A stretch of 34,563 nt of DNA from Patescibacteria group bacterium (GTDB lineage Bacteria; Patescibacteriota; Microgenomatia; UBA8517), in assembly GCA_018826545.1 (NCBI GenBank), contig JAHKAL010000050.1, forward strand, positions 1 through 34,563, given 5' to 3'. Position 1 is the stretch's first letter, and the number at the start of each line of letters is the position of its first letter. Both the position numbers and the translations under genes were made by a program. The notes under the pieces were generated by a model that saw nothing but the letters and a program-made list of their open reading frames with translations, did no database searches and was not told where the DNA came from. Positions 1 through 7,585 of the stretch are shown here, in pieces.

Positions 1-457
1 AATCATAGGAGGATTGTCCAAACTACTTGGCTGGAAGACTCCTGAAGAGAAGGAACAAGAAGTTATTAAAATTCTTTTAGATAAAATAAAGGTTAAAATC
101 CCCAAAATATTAATTGATCAGGAAGTTGATAACAGACTCGCACAATTATTAGATAGAATTGAAAAATTAGGCTTAAACTTAGAAAGTTATTTAGCTTCAG
201 TTGGAAAAAATCCGGAAACATTAAGAAAAGAATATGAAGTCCAAGCTTCAAATACTATTACTCTTGACCTTATCCTGCAAAAAATTTCAGTAGAAGAAAA
301 AATAGAGGTTGATGAGAAAGAAATAGAAGGATTAATCAAAGCTAGCTCTGCTAATCCTAAACTTGCTGAATCCCTAAATACGCCTGAACAAAAAAGGTTC
401 ATCAGATCAATAATCTTAAAACGTAAAGCTCTTGAATCATTAGTCTCTCTGTTGTAA
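1..457 (+). CDS. tig: Trigger factor, C-terminal part (5' truncated by the window edge)
   Basis: Frame is open from the window start. IPKILIDQEVDNRL...LGLNLESYL...LILQKISVEEKIEV resembles the SurA-like C-terminal domain of trigger factor. Confidence 0.8.
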   Translation, partial: IIGGLSKLLGWKTPEEKEQEVIKILLDKIKVKIPKILIDQEVDNRLAQLLDRIEKLGLNLESYLASVGKNPETLRKEYEVQASNTITLDLILQKISVEEKIEVDEKEIEGLIKASSANPKLAESLNTPEQKRFIRSIILKRKALESLVSLL

Positions 458-488
458 ACTACGGCTGAAAACAAACATCCTTTTTTAA

Positions 489-1127
489 ATGGATAAAAAC
501 CAAAAGCCAAAATCAGGAAAAAATATAAAAAGAGTAAACATTCTTGAAAGTCTCAAAGATGTAGGTAATACTGCTCAAAAAAGCATTAAGGAAGATCTTC
601 TTAAAGGAACCTCCGAAGAATTTATTAAACAGCTTTTTGGACAAAAAGAAGAAAAAAAATATTCAGGGGAAATTATTCCTGGCGAAACACTAGAACTAAA
701 TGAAGTATATACAGGCCAAAGACAACAAAACGAAAAATTAAGAAAACAAATTTCATTTGAAAGAAAACTTTCAAGTGAACAAAAAAACCAAAGTGATAAA
801 CAGTTAAATGAATTAAGAATTCAACTTCACGCTTTGATGCAGGAAGTAGGGGAACTCGCTAAAGTTACACAAAATATTGGTCAGGACATAGAAGTAGCCT
901 CAATGCAGGTTACAGCTAATCCAGGAGTATATCACATAGTATTTTTTGAAAAATTATTAGAATTTATTAAAACCTTCAGAAGAAAAATTGAAAATGCAGA
1001 TGTTTGGCTTCAAGCCTCCAACAAAAGAGTTAATAGAAAAGATTTCTGGGGAACTTTTACAAGTAAAAGGGGAGGAACAAAGTTTCTTCTCTCTTCAGAA
1101 CACTATGTTTCAAGATCGGCAGGTTAA
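489..1127 (+). CDS. Conserved hypothetical coiled-coil protein, DUF5660-like
   Basis: 212-aa ORF. The C-terminal PGVYHIVFFEKLL...VWL...FWG...GTKFLLSSEHYVSRSAG resembles the CPR DUF5660 family as I recall it. Confidence 0.6.
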   Translation: MDKNQKPKSGKNIKRVNILESLKDVGNTAQKSIKEDLLKGTSEEFIKQLFGQKEEKKYSGEIIPGETLELNEVYTGQRQQNEKLRKQISFERKLSSEQKNQSDKQLNELRIQLHALMQEVGELAKVTQNIGQDIEVASMQVTANPGVYHIVFFEKLLEFIKTFRRKIENADVWLQASNKRVNRKDFWGTFTSKRGGTKFLLSSEHYVSRSAG

Positions 1128-1130
1128 GTT

Positions 1131-2444
1131 TTAAAACCAGGGAGCATAGATTTGATCAAGTTTTTCTCTTGCTTTTTTACCATTTTCTAGATCTATTGGA
1201 GTTAAAAGATCACCGGTTTGATCTCTTTTTCCCTGCAGCTCATCATTAAACACACTTTGTAAAATACCTAAGTTCCTTGCTTCATTCTCAAATCTAAAAG
1301 TTTCAATTATTTTAGTCTTACCATTTTCTCTATCACAAAGCTTTATTTCTTTTACGGGAGCAAATTTTACTGCATTTCCAACAAATGCCATACCTACAAT
1401 TTCACCATTCCTAATACTTTCAACTGATACCGGATATTCTTTTACTCCCATTAAATTATTTTTAGCAATTTTTAAAATATATTCTCTTGTAGTTCCACCT
1501 AAAATATTTGTATCCATGGGAGAAATTACAATATTGCCATCTCTATCTTCAAAAATAATATCCTCACCAGGACCATCAGCAAGCACTCCTCTTTCAGAAA
1601 GAATCTTTCTTCCTTCAGAAGTATCGGAATTTACGTATATCTTTTGACCTTCTTGGTCAATAACATAAGGACCAAAAATTATACTTTCATCACAACCAGT
1701 TTTTCTTGCAATGCTACTTGCAACACCAGCTGATCCATAATTTCCTGCATGCTTACCAACAATTTTTTGTTTTCTTTGTTGATTTAAAAACAAAGCAGCA
1801 CTTGCCCCTTCTGAGTAAACTTTTTCAGGTAAATAAAAAGGCCAACTCCAAATAATATTGTCTAAAGACATTCCATCTTCTGCTTTAGGACAAATTCCAA
1901 AATTTCCCAATCTCATTGCAGCAGGTCTAACATATGCTCTTGTTGGAATTTTCTTCTGAGTATTAGGATCTATCGTTTCTAAAACATCTTTTCCTAAAAT
2001 TGATGCATGATCAATTATTGCTTGTGGGAAAATATCAATTTCCAAAGGCAAATTTAACATTAATGAGTTAATTGATCTTTTAAACCTTTGCATTCTCTGC
2101 TTAAACAAAATTAAATTACCCCCAACAACTTCATTAGAACTATTAGTAACAGGTTCTATGCTTATTCCTTCAAACGCCAGATGTGAATAGTGTGCACCTG
2201 GAGTTTGGGGATAGCGCATATTAAGTTCATGCCATGAAGGAACAATTGCTAATTTATTTAAAGATCCTACCCAAGTAAGTACGTATTTACATGATTTTCC
2301 CCATATACTTTCTATTTCTTTTTTCATTCGAAGCTCATATGGGGTGGGTTTTTCTTTAATTAATTCTAGCGGAACTAAATATTGATGCAGCCTATCTACA
2401 ACCGTTCTTTCTCTTTCTTCAAAATCAATTTCTGGAAATGCCAT
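1131..2444 (-). CDS. PLP-dependent aminotransferase class IV (IlvE/BCAT-like, divergent)
   Basis: Fold-type IV motifs HYxxxAFEGI, RFKRS, YVRP, catalytic K in GKHAGNY, GPGEDIIF, ILGGTTR, GNAVKFAPV. Confidence 0.8.
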   Translation of the reverse strand: MAFPEIDFEERERTVVDRLHQYLVPLELIKEKPTPYELRMKKEIESIWGKSCKYVLTWVGSLNKLAIVPSWHELNMRYPQTPGAHYSHLAFEGISIEPVTNSSNEVVGGNLILFKQRMQRFKRSINSLMLNLPLEIDIFPQAIIDHASILGKDVLETIDPNTQKKIPTRAYVRPAAMRLGNFGICPKAEDGMSLDNIIWSWPFYLPEKVYSEGASAALFLNQQRKQKIVGKHAGNYGSAGVASSIARKTGCDESIIFGPYVIDQEGQKIYVNSDTSEGRKILSERGVLADGPGEDIIFEDRDGNIVISPMDTNILGGTTREYILKIAKNNLMGVKEYPVSVESIRNGEIVGMAFVGNAVKFAPVKEIKLCDRENGKTKIIETFRFENEARNLGILQSVFNDELQGKRDQTGDLLTPIDLENGKKAREKLDQIYAPWF

Positions 2445-2453
2445 TAGGAACCA

Positions 2454-2482
2454 ATAGTATTAATTTTCTTTCACAAAGTCAA
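2454..2482 (-). promoter_or_regulatory. Sigma70-type promoter of the aminotransferase
   Basis: TTGACT(2482-2477)-17 nt-TACTAT(2459-2454), 9 nt before the ATG. Confidence 0.6.
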
Positions 2483-2522
2483 TTCTTACTTTTTTACAAA
2501 AAATGATAAATAATAACAAAAT

Positions 2523-2597
2523 ATGAACTTAAACATTCTTACAATTAAATGGATTTACCGTTTTCATTGCGGGGATCCTTTGTTTGCAAGAAATTAA
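2523..2597 (+). CDS. Putative 24-aa leader peptide MNLNILTIKWIYRFHCGDPLFARN
   Basis: ATG-to-TAA ORF whose 3' codons (2576-2585) are perfectly complementary to 2616-2625, directly upstream of a terminator-like hairpin. Confidence 0.55.
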   Translation: MNLNILTIKWIYRFHCGDPLFARN

Positions 2598-2626
2598 ATA
2601 AAGTTTTTAAAAAATAAACAAAGGAC

Positions 2627-2652
2627 ACCTCCTAAAAAACAGGAGGTTTTTT
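2627..2652 (+). terminator. Attenuator terminator / SD-sequestering hairpin
   Basis: ACCTCCT-7 nt loop-AGGAGGT followed by a T run. The 3' arm is an AGGAGG SD-like sequence upstream of ATG 2660. Confidence 0.65.
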
Positions 2653-2659
2653 AATTTAA

Positions 2660-2761
2660 ATGGATAAAAATAAACAGCTAAAACAATTACTTGAGCTTTT
2701 AAAAATAAAAAGTATTTCTACTAACCCTACAGGATTGTACTCCAAAAAGAATTCTAGATAA
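2660..2761 (+). pseudogene. N-terminal remnant of an M20/M25/M40 metallopeptidase (dipeptidase/ArgE/DapE-like)
   Basis: MDKNKQLKQLLELLKIKSISTNP matches the M20 N-terminal pattern LxxLxxLxxIxSxSxxP. The ORF stops after 33 aa, just before the tRNA-Val promoter. Confidence 0.55.
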
Positions 2762-2762
2762 C

Positions 2763-2791
2763 TTGAGAGGAAAGGGAGGATAAGATATAAT
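2763..2791 (+). promoter_or_regulatory. tRNA-Val promoter
   Basis: TTGAGA-17 nt-TATAAT, 10 nt upstream of the tRNA. Confidence 0.7.
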
Positions 2792-2801
2792 TTGTAAATC
2801 T

Positions 2802-2875
2802 GGACGCTTAGCTCAGTTGGTCAGAGCGCTTACTTGACGTGTAAGAGGTCGGGGGTTCGAGCCCCTCAGCGTCCA
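2802..2875 (+). tRNA. tRNA-Val(GAC)
   Basis: Acceptor GGACGCT/AGCGTCC, D arm GCTCAGTTGGTCAGAGC, anticodon arm CTTAC-TTGACGT-GTAAG, T loop GTTCGA. CCA not encoded. Confidence 0.97.
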
Positions 2876-2886
2876 CAAAAAAGTAA

Positions 2887-3498
2887 TTATATGATTTTTT
2901 CTAACTGCTTTTGTAAACTTATCTGAAGTTTTTTCCCTTCTTTCCTTACATCTGCAAGTTCATTTTTATTTAATTGATTAAACACTTTTTTATGTTTTGG
3001 ATAATACCAAATATGACCCATCCAACGATATTTTGGAATATTATTATCAATTAAATCTTTAGCTATGAATCCCTTATCTGTTATTTCTTCCTTTGACCAA
3101 ATCACTTTACCATTTTTAGCAAGTGCTAAAGCCAGATGATAAATAACTTTTCTTTCTTCTCCTTTTAAGTCTTTCATTAGATTAAGAAGAAACTTTGCTT
3201 TAACCAAATCTGAATTATTCTCTCCCACAGTTCTTTGATTTTTTAAAATATCCCATTTATTACCAAGTCCTGGAATATTGATCCCACCATCTGAAGCTAA
3301 TACATAATAATCAGTTAATTTGGAAAATTCTTTTGCCTTCTTTTTGGCATTTTTAATTAAAGAAGATTCATTCTCTTCTACTTTGACATTTATACTTAAT
3401 TCATCCAAAGAGTGAATATTGAGCTTTAGATTTTTTCCTAAAAACCAAATCATCTCTCCTTTTTTATATGCATTTCTTGTTCCAATTAAAATATCCAT
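2887..3498 (-). CDS. Ham1/RdgB-family nucleoside triphosphate pyrophosphatase, divergent
   Basis: GTRNAYKKGE, VEENESSLIKNAKKKA and LASDGGINIPGL correspond to Ham1 motifs. The C-terminal base-specificity motifs are altered. Confidence 0.8.
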   Translation of the reverse strand: MDILIGTRNAYKKGEMIWFLGKNLKLNIHSLDELSINVKVEENESSLIKNAKKKAKEFSKLTDYYVLASDGGINIPGLGNKWDILKNQRTVGENNSDLVKAKFLLNLMKDLKGEERKVIYHLALALAKNGKVIWSKEEITDKGFIAKDLIDNNIPKYRWMGHIWYYPKHKKVFNQLNKNELADVRKEGKKLQISLQKQLEKII

Positions 3499-3548
3499 AA
3501 GTAAATGGTAGTAATTCTAGTTACACAAGTAAAGACTTATATAAAATT

Positions 3549-3557
3549 TGATATAAT
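3549..3557 (+). promoter_or_regulatory. Extended -10 promoter for tRNA-Ala (and possibly typA)
   Basis: TGaTATAAT, 12 nt upstream of the tRNA. Confidence 0.55.
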
Positions 3558-3569
3558 TACAGCTTATAA

Positions 3570-3642
3570 GGGCCCATAGCTCAGTTGGTAGAGCGTACGC
3601 ATGGCATGCGCAAGGTCGCCGGTTCGAACCCGGCTGGGTCCA
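3570..3642 (+). tRNA. tRNA-Ala(GGC)
   Basis: Acceptor GGGCCCA/TGGGTCC with the G3:U70 Ala identity pair, loop ATGGCAT (A32/U38), T arm GCCGG-TTCGAAC-CCGGC. CCA not encoded. Confidence 0.97.
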
Positions 3643-3701
3643 CAAGTAATTGCCTTAATTAACCCATAAGAGTAAAATAATATATATTCTTTAGGCTTAT
3701 A

Positions 3702-3726
3702 GGCCGCGAACAAGGCGGTTTTTTTT
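3702..3726 (+). terminator. Intrinsic terminator between tRNA-Ala and typA
   Basis: GGCCGC-GAACAAG-GCGGTT hairpin running into a T8 tract. Confidence 0.6.
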
Positions 3727-3743
3727 ATTTGAAAGGAAAAAAT

Positions 3744-5558
3744 ATGGATATTAGAAATGTTGCAATTATTGCTCATGTTGACCACGGAAAAACAACTCTC
3801 GTGGATGCTCTGCTTAGACAATCTCATACTACTCTAAAAAAAGATTTAAAAGACACCAAACAAATAATGGACTCTAATGAATTGGAAAGAGAAAGAGGAA
3901 TCACAATTTTCTCTAAAAATGCTTCTATTGAATATAAAGGTGTAAAAATAAATATTATTGATACTCCGGGACATGCTGATTTTGGTGGAGAAGTAGAAAG
4001 AGTTCTTTCTATGGCAGATGGAGCACTTCTTTTAGTGGATGCAAAAGAAGGGCCAATGCCTCAAACCAGGTTTGTGCTAAAGCAAGCCCTTAAGATGGGC
4101 TTAAAAATTATCGTTGTTGTTAATAAAATTGACAAAAAAGATGCAAGAGTTGATTATGTTGTAGATAAAACATTTGATCTTTTTTTGGAACTTGGTGCTG
4201 ATGAAAACACTGCTTACTTTCCAACACTTTTTGCTGCAGGCAGAGATGGAAAGGCTGGAAAGACTGCGGATTTAGCTAAAATGATTGATATTAATCCAAT
4301 TTTTGAAGCAATATTGCAATATATTCCAGAACCAAAAAGAGATATTAATAAACCTCTTCAGATGAGAATATCAACTTTAGCAAGAGACGACTATAAAGGA
4401 AGAATTGCTATTGGAAAAATTCAGAACGGTACTATCTCTGATGGAGAAGACATCGCCCACATTGATAGAAAAGGACAAATTTCAAATTTTAAAATTACTT
4501 CTCTAGCAACATTTACTGGTCTTGAAAAAACATACGTCAAAAAAGCAGAAGCTGGAGATATTGTAGCTATTTCAGGAATTCCCGATATAACAATTGGAGA
4601 AACAATTGCAGATCTTTTAAGTCCCGTAGCTCTTCCACTCCTTAATATCGAAGAGCCTACTGTAAAAATGATTTTTATGGTCAATAATTCCCCTTTTGGA
4701 GGAAAAGAAGGGGAGTTTAAAACCTCAAGTCAATTAAGGGCCAGACTCTTTAAAGAAATCGAAACTGATGTTGCTTTAAAAGTGGAGGAGAATGCAAATG
4801 GAACTTGGACTGTCTCTGGACGCGGTGAACTTCATTTGGCAATTCTGATAGAAAGAATAAGAAGAGAAGGTTTTGAATTACAAGTCTCAAGACCCCATGT
4901 AATTACAAAAACTATTAACGGAAAACTTCATACTCCTTATGAAAAGGTATTTATCGAAGTACCAGAAAAATACTCTGGAATAGTTATCCAAAAAATGGGC
5001 CAAAGACACGCAGAACTTGTTAATATGAACAATGAAGAAAATACAGTCTATTTGGAATTTATCGTTTCAACTAAAGAGCTCATTGGTTTTAGATCCGAAT
5101 TTATAACAGACACAAAAGGCCTAGGAATCATTAACACAATTTTCCATGAATTTTTTCCTGACGATGGATTTGAAAGAAAAAGAGAAAGAGGATCTTTAGT
5201 AGCTCATGAAACTGGAATAACAAGACTCTATGGACTAGTAAGTATCCAAGACAGAGGAGAGTTGTTTATTGGACCAAATGTAAATGTTTATAAAGGCCAA
5301 ATTGTCGGTCAAAACTCCAGGTCTGAAGATATTATAGTTAATGTTTGCAAAGAAAAACAATTATCCAATATGAGATCAAAAGGTGAAGGTGTAATGGAAC
5401 ACGCTAATACTCCAAAAGTAATGAGCTTGGAAAACTCTTTAGAATATATTGATGATAATGAACTGGTTGAGGTAACTCCTAAAAGCGTAAGGATGAGAAA
5501 AATAGTTTTGGATAAAGTAGAAGAGAAAAAAAGATTAAAACTTCTTAAACATAAATAA
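3744..5558 (+). CDS. typA: Translational GTPase TypA/BipA
   Basis: IRNVAIIAHVDHGKTTL, ERERGITI, DTPGHADFGGEVER, NKID, GRGELHL, EYIDDNELVEVTPKSVRMRK. ATG 3744 follows an AAAGGA SD. Confidence 0.97.
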   Translation: MDIRNVAIIAHVDHGKTTLVDALLRQSHTTLKKDLKDTKQIMDSNELERERGITIFSKNASIEYKGVKINIIDTPGHADFGGEVERVLSMADGALLLVDAKEGPMPQTRFVLKQALKMGLKIIVVVNKIDKKDARVDYVVDKTFDLFLELGADENTAYFPTLFAAGRDGKAGKTADLAKMIDINPIFEAILQYIPEPKRDINKPLQMRISTLARDDYKGRIAIGKIQNGTISDGEDIAHIDRKGQISNFKITSLATFTGLEKTYVKKAEAGDIVAISGIPDITIGETIADLLSPVALPLLNIEEPTVKMIFMVNNSPFGGKEGEFKTSSQLRARLFKEIETDVALKVEENANGTWTVSGRGELHLAILIERIRREGFELQVSRPHVITKTINGKLHTPYEKVFIEVPEKYSGIVIQKMGQRHAELVNMNNEENTVYLEFIVSTKELIGFRSEFITDTKGLGIINTIFHEFFPDDGFERKRERGSLVAHETGITRLYGLVSIQDRGELFIGPNVNVYKGQIVGQNSRSEDIIVNVCKEKQLSNMRSKGEGVMEHANTPKVMSLENSLEYIDDNELVEVTPKSVRMRKIVLDKVEEKKRLKLLKHK

Positions 5559-5570
5559 GAATAAACTTTC

Positions 5571-5599
5571 TTGACTTTTTTTTTAGGAAAAAGGATAAT
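5571..5599 (+). promoter_or_regulatory. thrS promoter
   Basis: TTGACT-17 nt-GATAAT. Confidence 0.55.
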
Positions 5600-5617
5600 A
5601 AAGTACAATATTTAAAA

Positions 5618-5750
5618 TCTTTGCATTTGTATATAAGACTAACCACTCATAAAGCAAAGACGCGAGAAACTGCGAAATGTCTGGAATTAAGCGTCAAAGT
5701 AGGATGGAACCACCCAAGACTTGGGTTCCTACAGAAAGGACGCTTTTTTT
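5618..5750 (+). ncRNA. T-box riboswitch leader of thrS (compact)
   Basis: Antiterminator GTAGGA-[TGGAACC bulge]-ACCCAA/TTGGGT-TCCTAC (5699-5732). Short Stem I TCTTTGC/GCAAAGA (5618-5660) contains Thr codon ACC followed by A. T tract at 5744-5750. Confidence 0.7.
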
Positions 5751-5758
5751 ATTAAAAA

Positions 5759-7504
5759 ATGGATAATAAATTAGAAAACATTAGACACTCATGTAGTCAT
5801 TTAATGGCTGCAGCCGTAAAAGAACTTTACCCCAAAGCTCTTCCTACCATTGGCCCAGTCATTGAAAATGGTTTTTATTATGATTTTGATTTTGTAAAAA
5901 CCAAAATCTCCGATCAAGATCTAATAAAAATCGAAAAGAAAATGAAAGAACTTCTTCCCAAATGGACTTCTTTTGAAAAAGTAGAAATGAGTTTAGCTGA
6001 AGCTAAAAAAATATATAAAGACAATCCTTACAAACTTGAACTTATTAAAGAGCTTAGTGAAAAGAAAGAAAAAATAACTTTTTATGAATCTGGTAAATTT
6101 TTAGATCTTTGCCACGGAGGCCATAGTGAAAATCCAAGTAAAGAATTAAAGCACTTTAAACTTCTTTCTATCGCAGGAGCCTATTGGAGAGGAAATGAAA
6201 AAAATAAAATGCTCACAAGAATATATGGAACTTGTTTTGAAAATAAAGAAGAATTGGAAAATTATTTAAAACAATTAAAAGAAGCCAAAAAAAGAGATCA
6301 TAGAATACTAGGTCCAAAATTAAACCTTTTTATAATTCATAAAGATATCGGACGCGGTCTTCCACTTTTAACTCCCAAAGGAACAGTAATTAGAAATGAA
6401 ATAATCAAATATGAAAGAGAATTGGAAAGAGAAAATGGTTTTGAAGAAGTTTGGACTCCTCATATTGCTAAAAGTGATCTTTATAAAAGAACTGGCCACT
6501 GGCAACACTACCGAGATGTAATGTATGAACCTTTTGGAATTGATAATGAAACCTATGTGTTAAAACCAATGAATTGCCCACACCACTATATGATTTATTC
6601 AAGTGTACAAAGAAGTTACAAAGATCTTCCCATAAGGCTTACCGAACCTGGTACATGCTATAGATATGAAAAGAGCGGAGAATTGGGGGGTTTAATTAGG
6701 GTCAGAGCCTTAACTGTAGATGATTCGCATATATTAATGAGAGAAGATCAAATTGACCAAGAATTTGATACATGCATAGAAATGGTAAAGAAAATGTTTA
6801 AGGCATTTGGTCTTACAGACTTTTATGTCAGACTCTCTTTGAGTGATCCTGATGATAACGCTAAATACATTGCAGATCCAAAAGTCTGGAAAGAAGCAGG
6901 AAACAAACTTGAGAAAATTGTCAAAAGAAACAAACTTAAATACGTCACAATTAAAGGTGAGGCTTCTTTTTATGGGCCGAAAATTGATTTTATGGTCAAA
7001 GATGCTATTGGAAGAGAGTGGCAAATGAGCACACTTCAGCTTGATCTTTTTATGGCTAAAAAATTAGATTTAATCTATATTTCAGAGAATGGTTCAAAAG
7101 CTTACCCAGCCATACTTCACAGAGGTTTAACCGGTTCTCTTGAAAGAACAATTGGTATTTTAATAGAACAATATGAAGCAAATTTTCCAACATGGCTTTC
7201 ACCAGTCCAAGTATCAATTCTTCCGATATCTGAAAAAGTAAAGGATTATTCCCGAAAAGTTTATGAAAAACTATTTAAGGAAAACATAAGAGTTGAATTT
7301 AATAGTGATGGAGAACCATTGGGGGCAAAGATAAGAAAAGCTCAAATGGAAAAGGTTCCTTATATGATAATAGTAGGAGAAAGAGAAGAAAAAAATAACA
7401 AAATTTCAGTAAGGACAAGATCAGGCAAAGACCTGGGACAAATGGATTTGGATAAATTTATTCAAAATATAAGCCAAGAAATTGATGAAAAGAAAATTAA
7501 TTGA
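5759..7504 (+). CDS. thrS: Threonine--tRNA ligase (lacks the N-terminal TGS domain)
   Basis: RHSCSHL editing motif, KRDHR, KPMNCPHH, YRYEKSGEL, FYGPKID, GSLER, C-terminal anticodon-binding domain. Confidence 0.97.
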   Translation: MDNKLENIRHSCSHLMAAAVKELYPKALPTIGPVIENGFYYDFDFVKTKISDQDLIKIEKKMKELLPKWTSFEKVEMSLAEAKKIYKDNPYKLELIKELSEKKEKITFYESGKFLDLCHGGHSENPSKELKHFKLLSIAGAYWRGNEKNKMLTRIYGTCFENKEELENYLKQLKEAKKRDHRILGPKLNLFIIHKDIGRGLPLLTPKGTVIRNEIIKYERELERENGFEEVWTPHIAKSDLYKRTGHWQHYRDVMYEPFGIDNETYVLKPMNCPHHYMIYSSVQRSYKDLPIRLTEPGTCYRYEKSGELGGLIRVRALTVDDSHILMREDQIDQEFDTCIEMVKKMFKAFGLTDFYVRLSLSDPDDNAKYIADPKVWKEAGNKLEKIVKRNKLKYVTIKGEASFYGPKIDFMVKDAIGREWQMSTLQLDLFMAKKLDLIYISENGSKAYPAILHRGLTGSLERTIGILIEQYEANFPTWLSPVQVSILPISEKVKDYSRKVYEKLFKENIRVEFNSDGEPLGAKIRKAQMEKVPYMIIVGEREEKNNKISVRTRSGKDLGQMDLDKFIQNISQEIDEKKIN

Positions 7505-7544
7505 AACGCTTCTTACCAATAAACTTGAGATCAATCTTTGCATA

Positions 7545-7573
7545 TTGCAGTTCGAGGCTATTTTAGATAAAAT
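7545..7573 (+). promoter_or_regulatory. Internal promoter for infC-rpmI-rplT
   Basis: TTGCAG-17 nt-TAAAAT, 12 nt before the TTG start. Confidence 0.5.
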
Positions 7574-7585
7574 TCTAATCAGAAG

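Noticed and set aside
2523..2597. Resemblance of the leader peptide to TnaC (24 aa, MN..IL..KW)
   Set aside because: The TnaC W12/D16/P24-stop spacing is not matched and there is no tryptophanase downstream, so it is not called tnaC.
3596..3612. A:C mismatch in the tRNA-Ala anticodon stem, and CCA not encoded on either tRNA
   Set aside because: Tolerated variation; all identity elements are intact and non-encoded CCA is common.
2802..3642. tRNA-anchored genomic island or prophage att site
   Set aside because: No integrase and no duplicated tRNA 3' end. The shared GTCCACAA is just the ends of two complete tRNAs.
3564..3827. 87-aa minus-strand ORF over tRNA-Ala and the typA start
   Set aside because: Antisense shadow of a tRNA and a conserved GTPase N-terminus.
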